From Candidatus Uhrbacteria bacterium (GTDB lineage: Bacteria > Patescibacteriota > Patescibacteriia > 2-12-FULL-60-25), in the NCBI GenBank assembly GCA_903893445.1, contig CAITMG010000030.1, positions 1 to 51,523 on the forward strand: a stretch of 51,523 bases of DNA. The letters run 5' to 3'. Below the pieces are notes generated by a model. It did not search any database. It was given only the letters and a program-made list of their open reading frames with translations, and had not been told where the DNA came from. Position 1 is the stretch's first letter. Every line of letters begins with the position of its first letter. Made by a program: the position numbers and the translations under genes. Shown piece after piece: positions 1 through 7,951 of this stretch.

Positions 1-1
1 G

Positions 2-67
2 TTCATCAAGAGCATCACCCTCACCTCAACGATGGGCCCAGCCGTCCACGTTGAAACATCGATCTAA
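2..67 (+). CDS. 3' end of an unidentified CDS entering from the left edge (..FIKSITLTSTMGPAVHVETSI*)
   Basis: Frame open from the window edge to TAA at 65-67, with a strong terminator hairpin about 20 nt downstream. 21 aa is too short to name the product. Confidence 0.3.
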   Translation, partial: FIKSITLTSTMGPAVHVETSI

Positions 68-84
68 GCACAACCAACGGTTCG

Positions 85-116
85 AAAAAAAAGACGGCAT
101 CCGCCGTCTTTTTTGT
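85..116 (+). terminator. Rho-independent terminator (bidirectional shape)
   Basis: aagacgg/ccgtctt 7-bp stem with a 6-nt loop, an A-run upstream and a T-run downstream. Confidence 0.7.
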
Positions 117-127
117 ACCTCCTCGAT

Positions 128-156
128 TTGCCGTCATCCGCGCAGGGGCATACAAT
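128..156 (+). promoter_or_regulatory. Sigma70-like promoter TTGCCG-N17-TACAAT
   Basis: -35 ttgccg at 128-133, a 17-nt spacer and -10 tacaat at 151-156, about 35 nt upstream of the ATG at 190. Confidence 0.5.
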
Positions 157-189
157 TTGCACGCCGTTTTTTATTCTATTTTTATCTCT

Positions 190-846
190 ATGTCGGAACG
201 CATGAGCCAATCCCACCCTACCGAGCAGTCACGCAACGAACAGCCACCGGAAAAAGACTTCTCACAAATGGATTACGCAGAAGCTCAACGAGAGATAAAA
301 AAGCTCATGACAGATCCTGGGACCTCTCCCGAACTTTTAACACACCTTGGAGACGTCTTTGTTGCAAAAGCAAAAGCTGAAGGAAAATCGGAAAAATTCA
401 TTGCCAGCTTTGAGGCGGCGCTCACAAAACGAACCGGGATCGAAAAAACCACGTCTGCAGATGTATCACCAACAGCACCGGAAACATCATTAACCGAGGA
501 AGAGCACGCCAACCTCCAGGAGCTCTTCAAGAAAACAATCGAGGACGGCTTTTCAACCATCAAGCATCAGTATGAACAGAATTTTTCTCACTTTGAGGTC
601 AGTGATCTCGAAGCCATCCAGCGAGCATCGGACGAAGAAGCAGCGTATATTCAATCTGCGAGCTTGGAAGACCTCAAAACCAGCATGGCAACCGAATTCA
701 ACCTTCCGCAACAAGACGTTCACAAACTGAGCAATGCAGACCTAGAAAAGATGCGCTCAACGTTAGTGAAGGCGGCAAAATGGAAAATTCAGCTTGCTTT
801 TCAGGTCGCTCGGGAACGCGGAGAGCATTTGCCAGCATCGATCTAG
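190..846 (+). CDS. Hypothetical acidic, helical protein
   Basis: ORF 157..846 trimmed to the first ATG (MSERMSQSH..) because the -10 box overlaps the 157 start. No recognisable motif. A terminator follows. Confidence 0.6.
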   Translation: MSERMSQSHPTEQSRNEQPPEKDFSQMDYAEAQREIKKLMTDPGTSPELLTHLGDVFVAKAKAEGKSEKFIASFEAALTKRTGIEKTTSADVSPTAPETSLTEEEHANLQELFKKTIEDGFSTIKHQYEQNFSHFEVSDLEAIQRASDEEAAYIQSASLEDLKTSMATEFNLPQQDVHKLSNADLEKMRSTLVKAAKWKIQLAFQVARERGEHLPASI

Positions 847-856
847 TTCTCCATTC

Positions 857-886
857 AAAACACGGGTTTTTGCCCGTGTTTTTGTC
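857..886 (+). terminator. Rho-independent terminator
   Basis: aacacggg-ttttt-gcccgtgtt hairpin followed by tttgt. Confidence 0.75.
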
Positions 887-939
887 TCCCAGATATACAC
901 ATTGCGCCAAGGAAAAACGTTCGGTAAGGTTCTCGCAAT

Positions 940-2049
940 ATGACCGATCGACCAGGTGCCATCCCCCGCCAATTGATCGCCGAAATGGCCGAAGCTGGCT
1001 ATATCAAAGGTTCGTCTCCGGAGACGCTTCAGCCGTCGTCTTTGGACCTTCGCATTACGGATGAGGCGTATCGCATGCGCGGCTCGTATCTGCCAAAGAT
1101 CGGTGAAACGATTGAGGAGATTATCACCCGTGGCGCGCTGTACAAGCAGGACTTGAGCCGACCTCTTGAGGTCGATGGAACGTATCTCATCAAGCTCAAC
1201 GAGTCGCTCGCCTTGCCGATGGGCATTCACGCCACCGTGAGCAGTAAGTCATCGAGCGGTCGCATTAATTTGCGTACGCGACTGTTAGCGGATCGTGTCC
1301 CGCGTTTTGATAGCGTCCCGCGCGGATATACCGGATCGTTATGGATCGAGATCATGCCAAAATCGTTTCCGGTTTTATTGCATCCAAATGATCGATTAAA
1401 TCAGATGCGATTTTTTCATGGTGATGCCGAGCTTTCGAGTCTTGAGCATCGCATCGCGTTTGATAAATTTCGCCTCCTTCGCAACGCGGATGGTTCCGCG
1501 GTTCCGGCAAGCGACAACGTTGTGAGCAACGGCGTCACGATGACGGTGGATTTAGCGAGCACGGACATTATTGGCTGGCGCGCCACGAGCGGCGGATGGA
1601 ATGTGCTCGATACCGCAAAATACGATCATGATCCGCGCGACTTTTTTGAACCCATCACGCAACCAAAAAGCGGCGAACTTGTTTTGCGTCATGGGTCGTT
1701 TTACATCCTTGTCACCAAGGAACGCATCATGATTCCGCCAAATTACGCCGCAGAGATGGCGGCGTATGATCCGACCAAGGGTGAGTTTCGATCACACTAT
1801 GCGGGATTTTTTGACCCGGGTTTTGGATGGGCAGAGAAAGATGAAGACCGAGGCTGGCAAGCCGTGCTCGAAGTCTCTATGCACGGACATGACTTTATCC
1901 TGCGTGATGGTCAGCCGATTTGTTTGATGGCTTTTGAAAAACTCCTCCTCAAGCCAGACATGCTCTACGGACGTGACATTAAATCCAACTACGGCGGACA
2001 GTCTGGACCAAGACTGGCAAAGTGGTTTAAGACGAAAAGTAGCTCGTAG
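940..2049 (+). CDS. dcd: 2'-deoxycytidine 5'-triphosphate deaminase, long (about 370 aa) DCD family
   Basis: 369 aa. The N-terminal ..LQPSSLDLRI..AYRMRGSYLP.. and ..SSKSSSGRINL.. segments match my memory of the long DCD family (Pfam DCD). The operon context is dTTP synthesis. Confidence 0.85.
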   Translation: MTDRPGAIPRQLIAEMAEAGYIKGSSPETLQPSSLDLRITDEAYRMRGSYLPKIGETIEEIITRGALYKQDLSRPLEVDGTYLIKLNESLALPMGIHATVSSKSSSGRINLRTRLLADRVPRFDSVPRGYTGSLWIEIMPKSFPVLLHPNDRLNQMRFFHGDAELSSLEHRIAFDKFRLLRNADGSAVPASDNVVSNGVTMTVDLASTDIIGWRATSGGWNVLDTAKYDHDPRDFFEPITQPKSGELVLRHGSFYILVTKERIMIPPNYAAEMAAYDPTKGEFRSHYAGFFDPGFGWAEKDEDRGWQAVLEVSMHGHDFILRDGQPICLMAFEKLLLKPDMLYGRDIKSNYGGQSGPRLAKWFKTKSSS

Positions 2050-2067
2050 TTAGTAGCTAGTAGCTAG
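2041..2067. repeat. GTAGCT-type repeat, left arm flanking the four-helix-bundle gene
   Basis: agctcgtagttagtagctagtagctag overlaps the dcd stop codon and is the reverse-complement pattern of 2474-2510. Confidence 0.8.
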
Positions 2068-2119
2068 ATGGTTGACGAGTGCAGAGATACCTGGCAGCTG
2101 TAGATGCATGGAGCAGCGA

Positions 2120-2485
2120 ATGAAAATCAAAAACTTTACTGACTTGTTCGTTTGGAACGAAGGGCATCAATTCGTCTTAAGTCTCTATCGACTGACAAAA
2201 TCTTTCCCAAGCGACGAGCAGTTCTCACTCACAAACCAGATGAGACGTGCGGCAGTATCAATTACTTCAAATATCGCAGAAGGGTTCGGGCGAAGATCCT
2301 ATGCTGAAAAAAGACAGTTTTATAACATCGCCTCTGGTTCAATCACGGAAATACAGAGTCAACTTTACCTCGCACGAGATCTTGGGTATTGTCCTACAGA
2401 CACATGGGATCAATTGAATAGTAAATCGGAATTTGTTTACAAACTTCTAAACGCTCTCATCGCCTCACTCCCCAGCTCCCGCTAG
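2120..2485 (+). CDS. Four-helix-bundle protein (23S rRNA intervening-sequence protein / Avd-like family)
   Basis: MKIKNFTDLFVWNEGHQFVLSLYRLTKSFP..EQFSLTNQMRRAAVSITSNIAEGFGRRS..F..IASGSITEIQSQLYLA is the classic signature of this family. The start was trimmed to the ATG at 2120. Confidence 0.9.
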   Translation: MKIKNFTDLFVWNEGHQFVLSLYRLTKSFPSDEQFSLTNQMRRAAVSITSNIAEGFGRRSYAEKRQFYNIASGSITEIQSQLYLARDLGYCPTDTWDQLNSKSEFVYKLLNALIASLPSSR

Positions 2486-2510
2486 CTACCAGCTACAAGC
2501 TACCAGCTAC
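2474..2510. repeat. GTAGCT-type repeat, right arm (AGCTAC orientation)
   Basis: cagctcccgctagctaccagctacaagctaccagctac lies directly after the ORF and ends at the next gene start. Confidence 0.8.
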
Positions 2511-2525
2511 TTGATTACCTCCCCT

Positions 2526-3077
2526 ATGCCCAAACATATTATCGGACTCGTTGGTCGCCAGGGTTCCGGAAAAGGGACAGTCGCAAAAATTCTTCAAGAG
2601 AAGTACGGCGCTGTCCTTTTTCGTTTTAGCGCCGTGCTCGGAGATATTCTCGATCGCGTTGCCGTGGAACGAACGCGTGAAAATTTAATTAAAATCTCTG
2701 AAGCGCTTCGTGGCTCGTTCGGCGAAGACGTTCTCGCCTTTGCGATTGAAAAGGACGCCGCCTCCACGGATGCAGACATCGTGGTGATTGATGGGATTCG
2801 ACGATTGGAAGACATCGTTGCCTTGGAACCACTGGAACAATTCACGCTCGTCAGTGTCCACGCACCAGCCGAACTGCGATTCCAACGCGTTCAAGGACGA
2901 TCGGAAAAACCAGGCGAATCCGGCGTCAGTTTTGAAGATTTTTTGAAGGTCGAAGATACCGCACCGACGGAAATCACAATCCCGATGGTCGAAGAACGCG
3001 CCATGATCACGATCAATAACGATGGATCACTCGAACAATTGCAAGATCAAATCTCAACCCTCATGAACGACTTATGA
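2526..3077 (+). CDS. P-loop nucleoside/nucleotide kinase-like protein (AAA/dNMP-kinase fold)
   Basis: Walker A GRQGSGKGT near the N-terminus, about 180 aa. It sits between dcd and thyX-like, and its stop overlaps the next ATG (ATGA). The substrate is unknown. Confidence 0.65.
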   Translation: MPKHIIGLVGRQGSGKGTVAKILQEKYGAVLFRFSAVLGDILDRVAVERTRENLIKISEALRGSFGEDVLAFAIEKDAASTDADIVVIDGIRRLEDIVALEPLEQFTLVSVHAPAELRFQRVQGRSEKPGESGVSFEDFLKVEDTAPTEITIPMVEERAMITINNDGSLEQLQDQISTLMNDL

Positions 3078-4381
3078 CACACGAACCATTGGTTATCATC
3101 GAAGACTCGTTGCCGCCGGAGAGTATCGCGATGGTCGCGGCACTCTATTCCCGCGATCCAAAAAGCGTGACCGAGCATCTCAAAAAAGTTGCGGAGGTCG
3201 GGGCGGATAAGTTTATGGCCAACTACTACGTTGGCTATGGTCATGCGTCGATCGGTGACTGCGGATCCACAAGCATTTTCGTCGAACAAATCAGCATGCT
3301 TGCGGCCAAGGCGATTCAAGACTGGTCACTCTATAGCGGACAGGAAGCGTCTACGCGCTATATTGATTTTTCCTCACAGCCGATGATCGATCCGACAGAT
3401 TCGGACGCGGGAAAAGCGATTCAGGAAAAGTGGCGTGCATTTTATGTGACGTATCTCCCACGCATTCAGGAACACGTCGCATCACTTTACCCGCGACGCG
3501 ACGGTGAGGACGAAAAAGTCTACGCCAAGGCCGTGAAGGCACGCGCGTTTGATATCATGCGCGGCTTTTTGCCAGCTGGTGCCGCAACGCTTGTTGCCTG
3601 GCACACCAACCTTCGCCAAGCCGCGGACAAAACACAGCTCTTACGTCATCATCCCCTGCCGGAAATTCGCGCGATCGGTGAAAACGTTTTGACGGCTTTG
3701 CAGACACGCTATCCGAATAGCTTTAGTCATCAACGTTTTGAGAACACGGAAAATTATATTGAATCGTATTCCGCGGCGTTCACCTATCTTGATCCAGAGG
3801 CGCATCCGGAAAAACCTGTTTTAACAACAACGATTCAAAACGGCGATCTCGAAGCGTACTCCGATCTGTTGCAGAATCGTCCGATGAAAACCGGCCTCCC
3901 AACATTCTTGAATGAACTTGGTCAGTGTACGTTTGAATTCTTGCTCGACTTTGGGTCGTTTCGCGATTTGCAGCGTCATCGGAATGGCGTGTGCCGCATG
4001 CCGCTTTTGTCGACGCGATGGGGATTCCATCCATGGTATCTCGCGCAATTGCCGGAAGACGTTCGTGCCGCAGCAGAGACACTTCTTGCCGAGCAAAGCG
4101 CTGCGATCGCGGCACTCAACCTTTCGCCAGAAGTGCAACAATATTTTATCGCCATGGGATATCGCGTGCCGTGCCGCGTGACGTACGGACTCATGCCGAC
4201 CGTGTACACGATCGAGCTCCGCTCTGGAAAAATGGTGCACCCAACGTTGCGCAGTCTCGTGCATGACATGGTGCGTGAGATGCAAGCCAAACTCCCGCTC
4301 GTCAAACTGCATGTGGATATGGATTTGGATGACTGGGATGTTCGACGCGGGACGCACGACATCATCAAAAAAGACGCCTAA
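3074..4381 (+). CDS. ThyX-like FAD-dependent thymidylate synthase, long divergent form
   Basis: 435 aa with ..AALYSRDPKS.. and ..FRDLQRHRNG.. (RHR core). It is flanked by dcd and tmk. The serine spacing after RHR is non-canonical. Confidence 0.6.
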   Translation: MTHEPLVIIEDSLPPESIAMVAALYSRDPKSVTEHLKKVAEVGADKFMANYYVGYGHASIGDCGSTSIFVEQISMLAAKAIQDWSLYSGQEASTRYIDFSSQPMIDPTDSDAGKAIQEKWRAFYVTYLPRIQEHVASLYPRRDGEDEKVYAKAVKARAFDIMRGFLPAGAATLVAWHTNLRQAADKTQLLRHHPLPEIRAIGENVLTALQTRYPNSFSHQRFENTENYIESYSAAFTYLDPEAHPEKPVLTTTIQNGDLEAYSDLLQNRPMKTGLPTFLNELGQCTFEFLLDFGSFRDLQRHRNGVCRMPLLSTRWGFHPWYLAQLPEDVRAAAETLLAEQSAAIAALNLSPEVQQYFIAMGYRVPCRVTYGLMPTVYTIELRSGKMVHPTLRSLVHDMVREMQAKLPLVKLHVDMDLDDWDVRRGTHDIIKKDA

Positions 4382-4385
4382 CGGT

Positions 4386-5066
4386 ATGCCGTTCATTGTC
4401 ATTGACGGAACCGACGGCTCAGGAAAAGGCACACAAACAAAATTGCTCGTTGAACGGCTTCAACGCGAAGGTCGAACCGTGGAACAGCTCAGCTTTCCGC
4501 GGTATGGCAATCCGAGTGCACATTTTGTTGAACAGTATTTGAATGGACGGTATGGGACAGGGATGGATGTTGGCCCGCACCGATCGTCACTCTTTTACGC
4601 ACTGGATCGATTTGACGCGGCCGCGGGTATTCGAGCGGCGCTTGCCGCTGGAACTGTTGTGATCTCGGATCGCTATGTATCCGCCAACAAGGGACACCAG
4701 ATGGGAAAAATCACCGACCCCGCAGAGCGACAAGCGTTTCTCGATTGGATTAATGATCTGGAATATCGTGTGCTTGGGATTCCAAAACCAGATCTGACGA
4801 TTCTCCTCCACATGCCGTCGGAAATCGCGTATGAACTGATTGCAAAAAAAGATGACCGCGGATATTTGAACGGCAAAAAACGCGACATCCACGAAGCAGA
4901 CCCAGGACATCTCAAAGCTGCGGAACAGGCCTATCTCGAGATTCCATCGATGGACGTGGTTGAAAACTGGGAAGTTGTTTCCTGCATGGATGGTGGGAAT
5001 CTCATGAGCATTGAGACGATTCACGAAAAACTGTGGCAGCGCATCCTTCCACTCCTCAACGCGTAA
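4386..5066 (+). CDS. tmk: dTMP (thymidylate) kinase
   Basis: MPFIVIDGTDGSGKGTQTKLL..SFPRYG..DRY.. signature. The start was trimmed to the ATG at 4386, just after the thyX-like stop. Confidence 0.9.
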   Translation: MPFIVIDGTDGSGKGTQTKLLVERLQREGRTVEQLSFPRYGNPSAHFVEQYLNGRYGTGMDVGPHRSSLFYALDRFDAAAGIRAALAAGTVVISDRYVSANKGHQMGKITDPAERQAFLDWINDLEYRVLGIPKPDLTILLHMPSEIAYELIAKKDDRGYLNGKKRDIHEADPGHLKAAEQAYLEIPSMDVVENWEVVSCMDGGNLMSIETIHEKLWQRILPLLNA

Positions 5067-5070
5067 ATAT

Positions 5071-5104
5071 AAAAACGTCCTGGCTCTCGCCGGGACGTTT
5101 TTTG
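5071..5104 (+). terminator. Rho-independent terminator
   Basis: aacgtcc..ggacgtt stem followed by a T-run. Confidence 0.75.
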
Positions 5105-5139
5105 AAATCCGTGATATCGTCCTAACCATCAAAACACCT

Positions 5140-5901
5140 ATGTTTACCCCTCTTCCAGGTTCCATCGATCTCGTGAAACGCACATGGAACATTTACACGA
5201 AAAAGTGGAATGAATTCATTACCCTTTCGTCCTGGTTTATCTACTTTGGGATTGCGAACTTTGCATTGGCGATTTTCATGCACTACATGCCGGTTGGCGG
5301 AGCGTTTATCGCGATTCCGCTCCAGATCGTCATGGCTCTGCTCTCCGTCTGGGCGGTTATCCGCTTGATGCAGGCGGCCTTGAATGCCATTGATGAGAAG
5401 CCAGTTCTCTTGGCCCCGGAGGACAGCGCCAAGTCCTGGAACTTTTTTTGGCCATTATTGATCACCGGGCTCCTCCAGTTTGTCATCATCCTTGGTGGAA
5501 CAATCTGCTTGATCATTCCAGGCATCTACCTGGCCGTCGCGCTCGCCTATTCGTCGCTCCACATCATCGATCGTAACATGAAGGGTATGGAGGCCATCAA
5601 AGCCTCCTATCGCCTCGTTAAAGGCCGCTGGTGGTCTGTGTGGTGGCGTGAGACCGCATCCGGTGTCTTGATCGGACTTGGGATGCTGATCGTCGTCGGA
5701 TTGATTGAAGCGATCGTGTCATCTATCGCGCTTGGCCCAGCCGGACTGACATCCAGCCTCGCCGATCCGAGCAACACGAATACGATGTATCAGGCAACGA
5801 TGGATCTTTTTACGTCCATCGCCGAAGCGGCAACCATGCCACTCTTTATCATCCTTCGTGCCGTGATCTATCGCAACCTGCAAAAGACGCAGTCAGAATA
5901 A
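5140..5901 (+). CDS. Multi-pass membrane protein, hypothetical
   Basis: Start trimmed to MFTPLPGSIDLVKRTW.. Several long hydrophobic segments. No enzymatic motif seen. Confidence 0.65.
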   Translation: MFTPLPGSIDLVKRTWNIYTKKWNEFITLSSWFIYFGIANFALAIFMHYMPVGGAFIAIPLQIVMALLSVWAVIRLMQAALNAIDEKPVLLAPEDSAKSWNFFWPLLITGLLQFVIILGGTICLIIPGIYLAVALAYSSLHIIDRNMKGMEAIKASYRLVKGRWWSVWWRETASGVLIGLGMLIVVGLIEAIVSSIALGPAGLTSSLADPSNTNTMYQATMDLFTSIAEAATMPLFIILRAVIYRNLQKTQSE

Positions 5902-5982
5902 CGGATTCGCAAAAAGATTCGGCAGACACGCTTCGCAGAGGGGACCCAAACTCTGCTCAGCATGCCAGCCGAATCTTTTTGC
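5902..5982 (+). repeat. Conserved extended-hairpin element, copy 1
   Basis: Outer stem gcaaaaagattcggc/gccgaatctttttgc encloses the core cacgcttcgcagaggggacccaaactctgctcagcatgcc. A near-identical core occurs at 22562-22638. Confidence 0.8.
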
Positions 5983-6014
5983 TATTTCAACAAAAATAGT
6001 CTAATTTATGGACT

Positions 6015-7535
6015 ATGCGTTACATCACTATTATTGGCCTTGAGGTCCACGTTCAGCTCAAAACCGCGTCCAAGATGTTTTGCTCCTGCAAAAACGTTGG
6101 TGACGATGCTCCGCCAAATACGGCGATCTGCCCGGTCTGTACGGGTCAACCTGGCGCGCTCCCGGCATTGAACGCCAAAGCGATCGAGCTTGGTATGACC
6201 GCCGGCCTGGCACTCAACTGCACGATTCCGGATCAGTCTGTTTTTGATCGCAAAAACTATTTTTATCCGGACTTGTCCAAAGGATATCAGATTTCCCAGT
6301 TTCATCTCCCAATTGCCATTAATGGCCGCATTGATTTTGATGTCCCCAATGGCATGCCGCAACGCGAACACGTTGTGATTGGCATTACGCGCGCGCATCT
6401 TGAGGAAGACGCGGCAAAGAATTTCCACGCCGCAAGCACGGGTGATGATGGACACGCCACCTACGTTGACTACAATCGATCCAGCACGCCGTTGCTTGAA
6501 ATCGTCAGTGAACCAGATATTCGATCGGCACAGGAAGCTAAAGCGTATCTCCAAGAGCTACGGAGTATTTTGCGCGCCGTCGGGGCATCAGATGCTGAGA
6601 TGGAAAATGGCCAGATGCGCTGTGATGCCAATGTCTCGCTGCTGCCAATCGGAGATGACAATTTGCCATTGATCCAAGGACTCAATCCAAAAGTGGAAAT
6701 CAAAAACCTCAACTCCTTTCGCGCGGTTGAACGTGCCATCACGTACGAGATTCAACGTCAGGGCGAGATGTATGAAGCCAACGAAGTCCCGATGGGCGCA
6801 ACGCGCGGATGGGATGAAGATCGCGGTGTGACGTTTGAACAGCGCACCAAAGAAACATCTGCGGACTATCGCTATTTCCCGGAACCAGATCTTCCGCCAC
6901 AGGATTTGCGTGCCATGCGTGAACATCTCTCAACGCGACTCCCAGAGCTGCCAGCAGAAAAGCGCGCGCGCTTGATGGAGGAATTTCTCTTCTCCCCTTC
7001 TGATGCGGCGTTCCTTGTGGCCAACGAAGGTTGGTCAGATTATGCGGATCACGTCATGGGCGAACTCAGCGAATGGATCGGCGGCGAATCAACGGAAGAG
7101 AAAAAGAAAAAATATGCGAAGCTCGCCGGAGGCTGGCTAACCACAAAACTCGCTGGTTTGTTGACGGAAAAAAATCTCACCATCACCACGCAAAAAATTG
7201 ATCCGGAAAACTTTGCCGAGTTTTTGCATCTCTTGGAGGCCGGCGAAATCAACAGCTCCAACGCACAAAAGTTGCTCGCGCTGATGCTCGAAAAAGGAAC
7301 AGATCCGTCACACATCATGGAGGAACACAATCTTGGGCAGAACATGCCAGATGCAGAACTTCTTGAAATCGCACAACGACTTGTCTCGCAAAATCCAGAT
7401 CAGGTCGCGCAGGTGAAGGCTGGGAAAGCTGGCGTTCTCAAATGGTTTGTCGGTGGTATCATGAAAGCCACAGAGGGCCGCGCCAATCCTGCCAAGGCCG
7501 AAGACATGGTGAAGACGGAAATCGACAAGCTATAA
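6015..7535 (+). CDS. gatB: Asp-tRNA(Asn)/Glu-tRNA(Gln) amidotransferase subunit B
   Basis: MRYITIIGLEVHVQL..MFCSC..CPVC.G.PGALP..DRKNYFYPDL.KGYQISQ.. is unmistakable GatB. Confidence 0.97.
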   Translation: MRYITIIGLEVHVQLKTASKMFCSCKNVGDDAPPNTAICPVCTGQPGALPALNAKAIELGMTAGLALNCTIPDQSVFDRKNYFYPDLSKGYQISQFHLPIAINGRIDFDVPNGMPQREHVVIGITRAHLEEDAAKNFHAASTGDDGHATYVDYNRSSTPLLEIVSEPDIRSAQEAKAYLQELRSILRAVGASDAEMENGQMRCDANVSLLPIGDDNLPLIQGLNPKVEIKNLNSFRAVERAITYEIQRQGEMYEANEVPMGATRGWDEDRGVTFEQRTKETSADYRYFPEPDLPPQDLRAMREHLSTRLPELPAEKRARLMEEFLFSPSDAAFLVANEGWSDYADHVMGELSEWIGGESTEEKKKKYAKLAGGWLTTKLAGLLTEKNLTITTQKIDPENFAEFLHLLEAGEINSSNAQKLLALMLEKGTDPSHIMEEHNLGQNMPDAELLEIAQRLVSQNPDQVAQVKAGKAGVLKWFVGGIMKATEGRANPAKAEDMVKTEIDKL

Positions 7536-7946
7536 GTGAACTGGTTTGAGGTGACGATAGATCGCGAACGACGCCACAAGAACGCTTTGGAGCCCCCACA
7601 AAACAAGCATCTCCGGAGAAATTGCGGTGGAGAATGTCACGACCGCCATCATCCCAAACTGTAGAACAATCCCAAAGACGCCGCGCACCAAAAGTTGCGT
7701 GGCGTTTTGTTTTCGAACGGAAATGAGCCACACGACTTCGAGCGCCAGCGGAAGAACGACCAGCATCACGAGTGCAATCAAAAATCCGATCACAAACCCA
7801 AATTCCCCATTCTCAATCAGGGAAAATCGGCTGAGCAGAGCAACGAGCGCACCCGTAACAACAAGGGAAAGTGGAATGGAAAGGATCCATAACACGTACC
7901 GCCACTTTTGCGACCTGGTGCTTTTTTCAAACGTTGGAAGTTTCAT
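7530..7946 (-). CDS. Membrane protein, hypothetical
   Basis: Start trimmed to MKLPTF.., 5 nt after the miaA stop. About four hydrophobic helices. Its 3' end overlaps the convergent gatB stop by 6 nt. Confidence 0.55.
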   Translation of the reverse strand: MKLPTFEKSTRSQKWRYVLWILSIPLSLVVTGALVALLSRFSLIENGEFGFVIGFLIALVMLVVLPLALEVVWLISVRKQNATQLLVRGVFGIVLQFGMMAVVTFSTAISPEMLVLWGLQSVLVASFAIYRHLKPVHL

Positions 7947-7951
7947 GGAAA

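Noticed and set aside
2041-2510. Whether the GTAGCT/AGCTAC arrays, also at 16769, 37355 and 41605, could be a CRISPR array.
   Set aside because: The units are only 6-13 nt, directly abutting or forming inverted arms. There are no spacers of about 30 nt, no regular repeat-spacer periodicity and no cas genes in the window.
3821-4432. 203-aa minus-strand ORF, plus several 60-130-aa ORFs on both strands between 3.0 and 4.4 kb.
   Set aside because: They lie antisense to or out of frame with the well-supported ThyX-like gene. They are Arg/Ser/Cys-rich with no motifs or signals, as expected for shadow ORFs.
7530-7535. 6-nt overlap of the convergent gatB and membrane-protein 3' ends as something regulatory.
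   Set aside because: Short convergent overlaps are common in compact genomes, and nothing else distinguishes the site.
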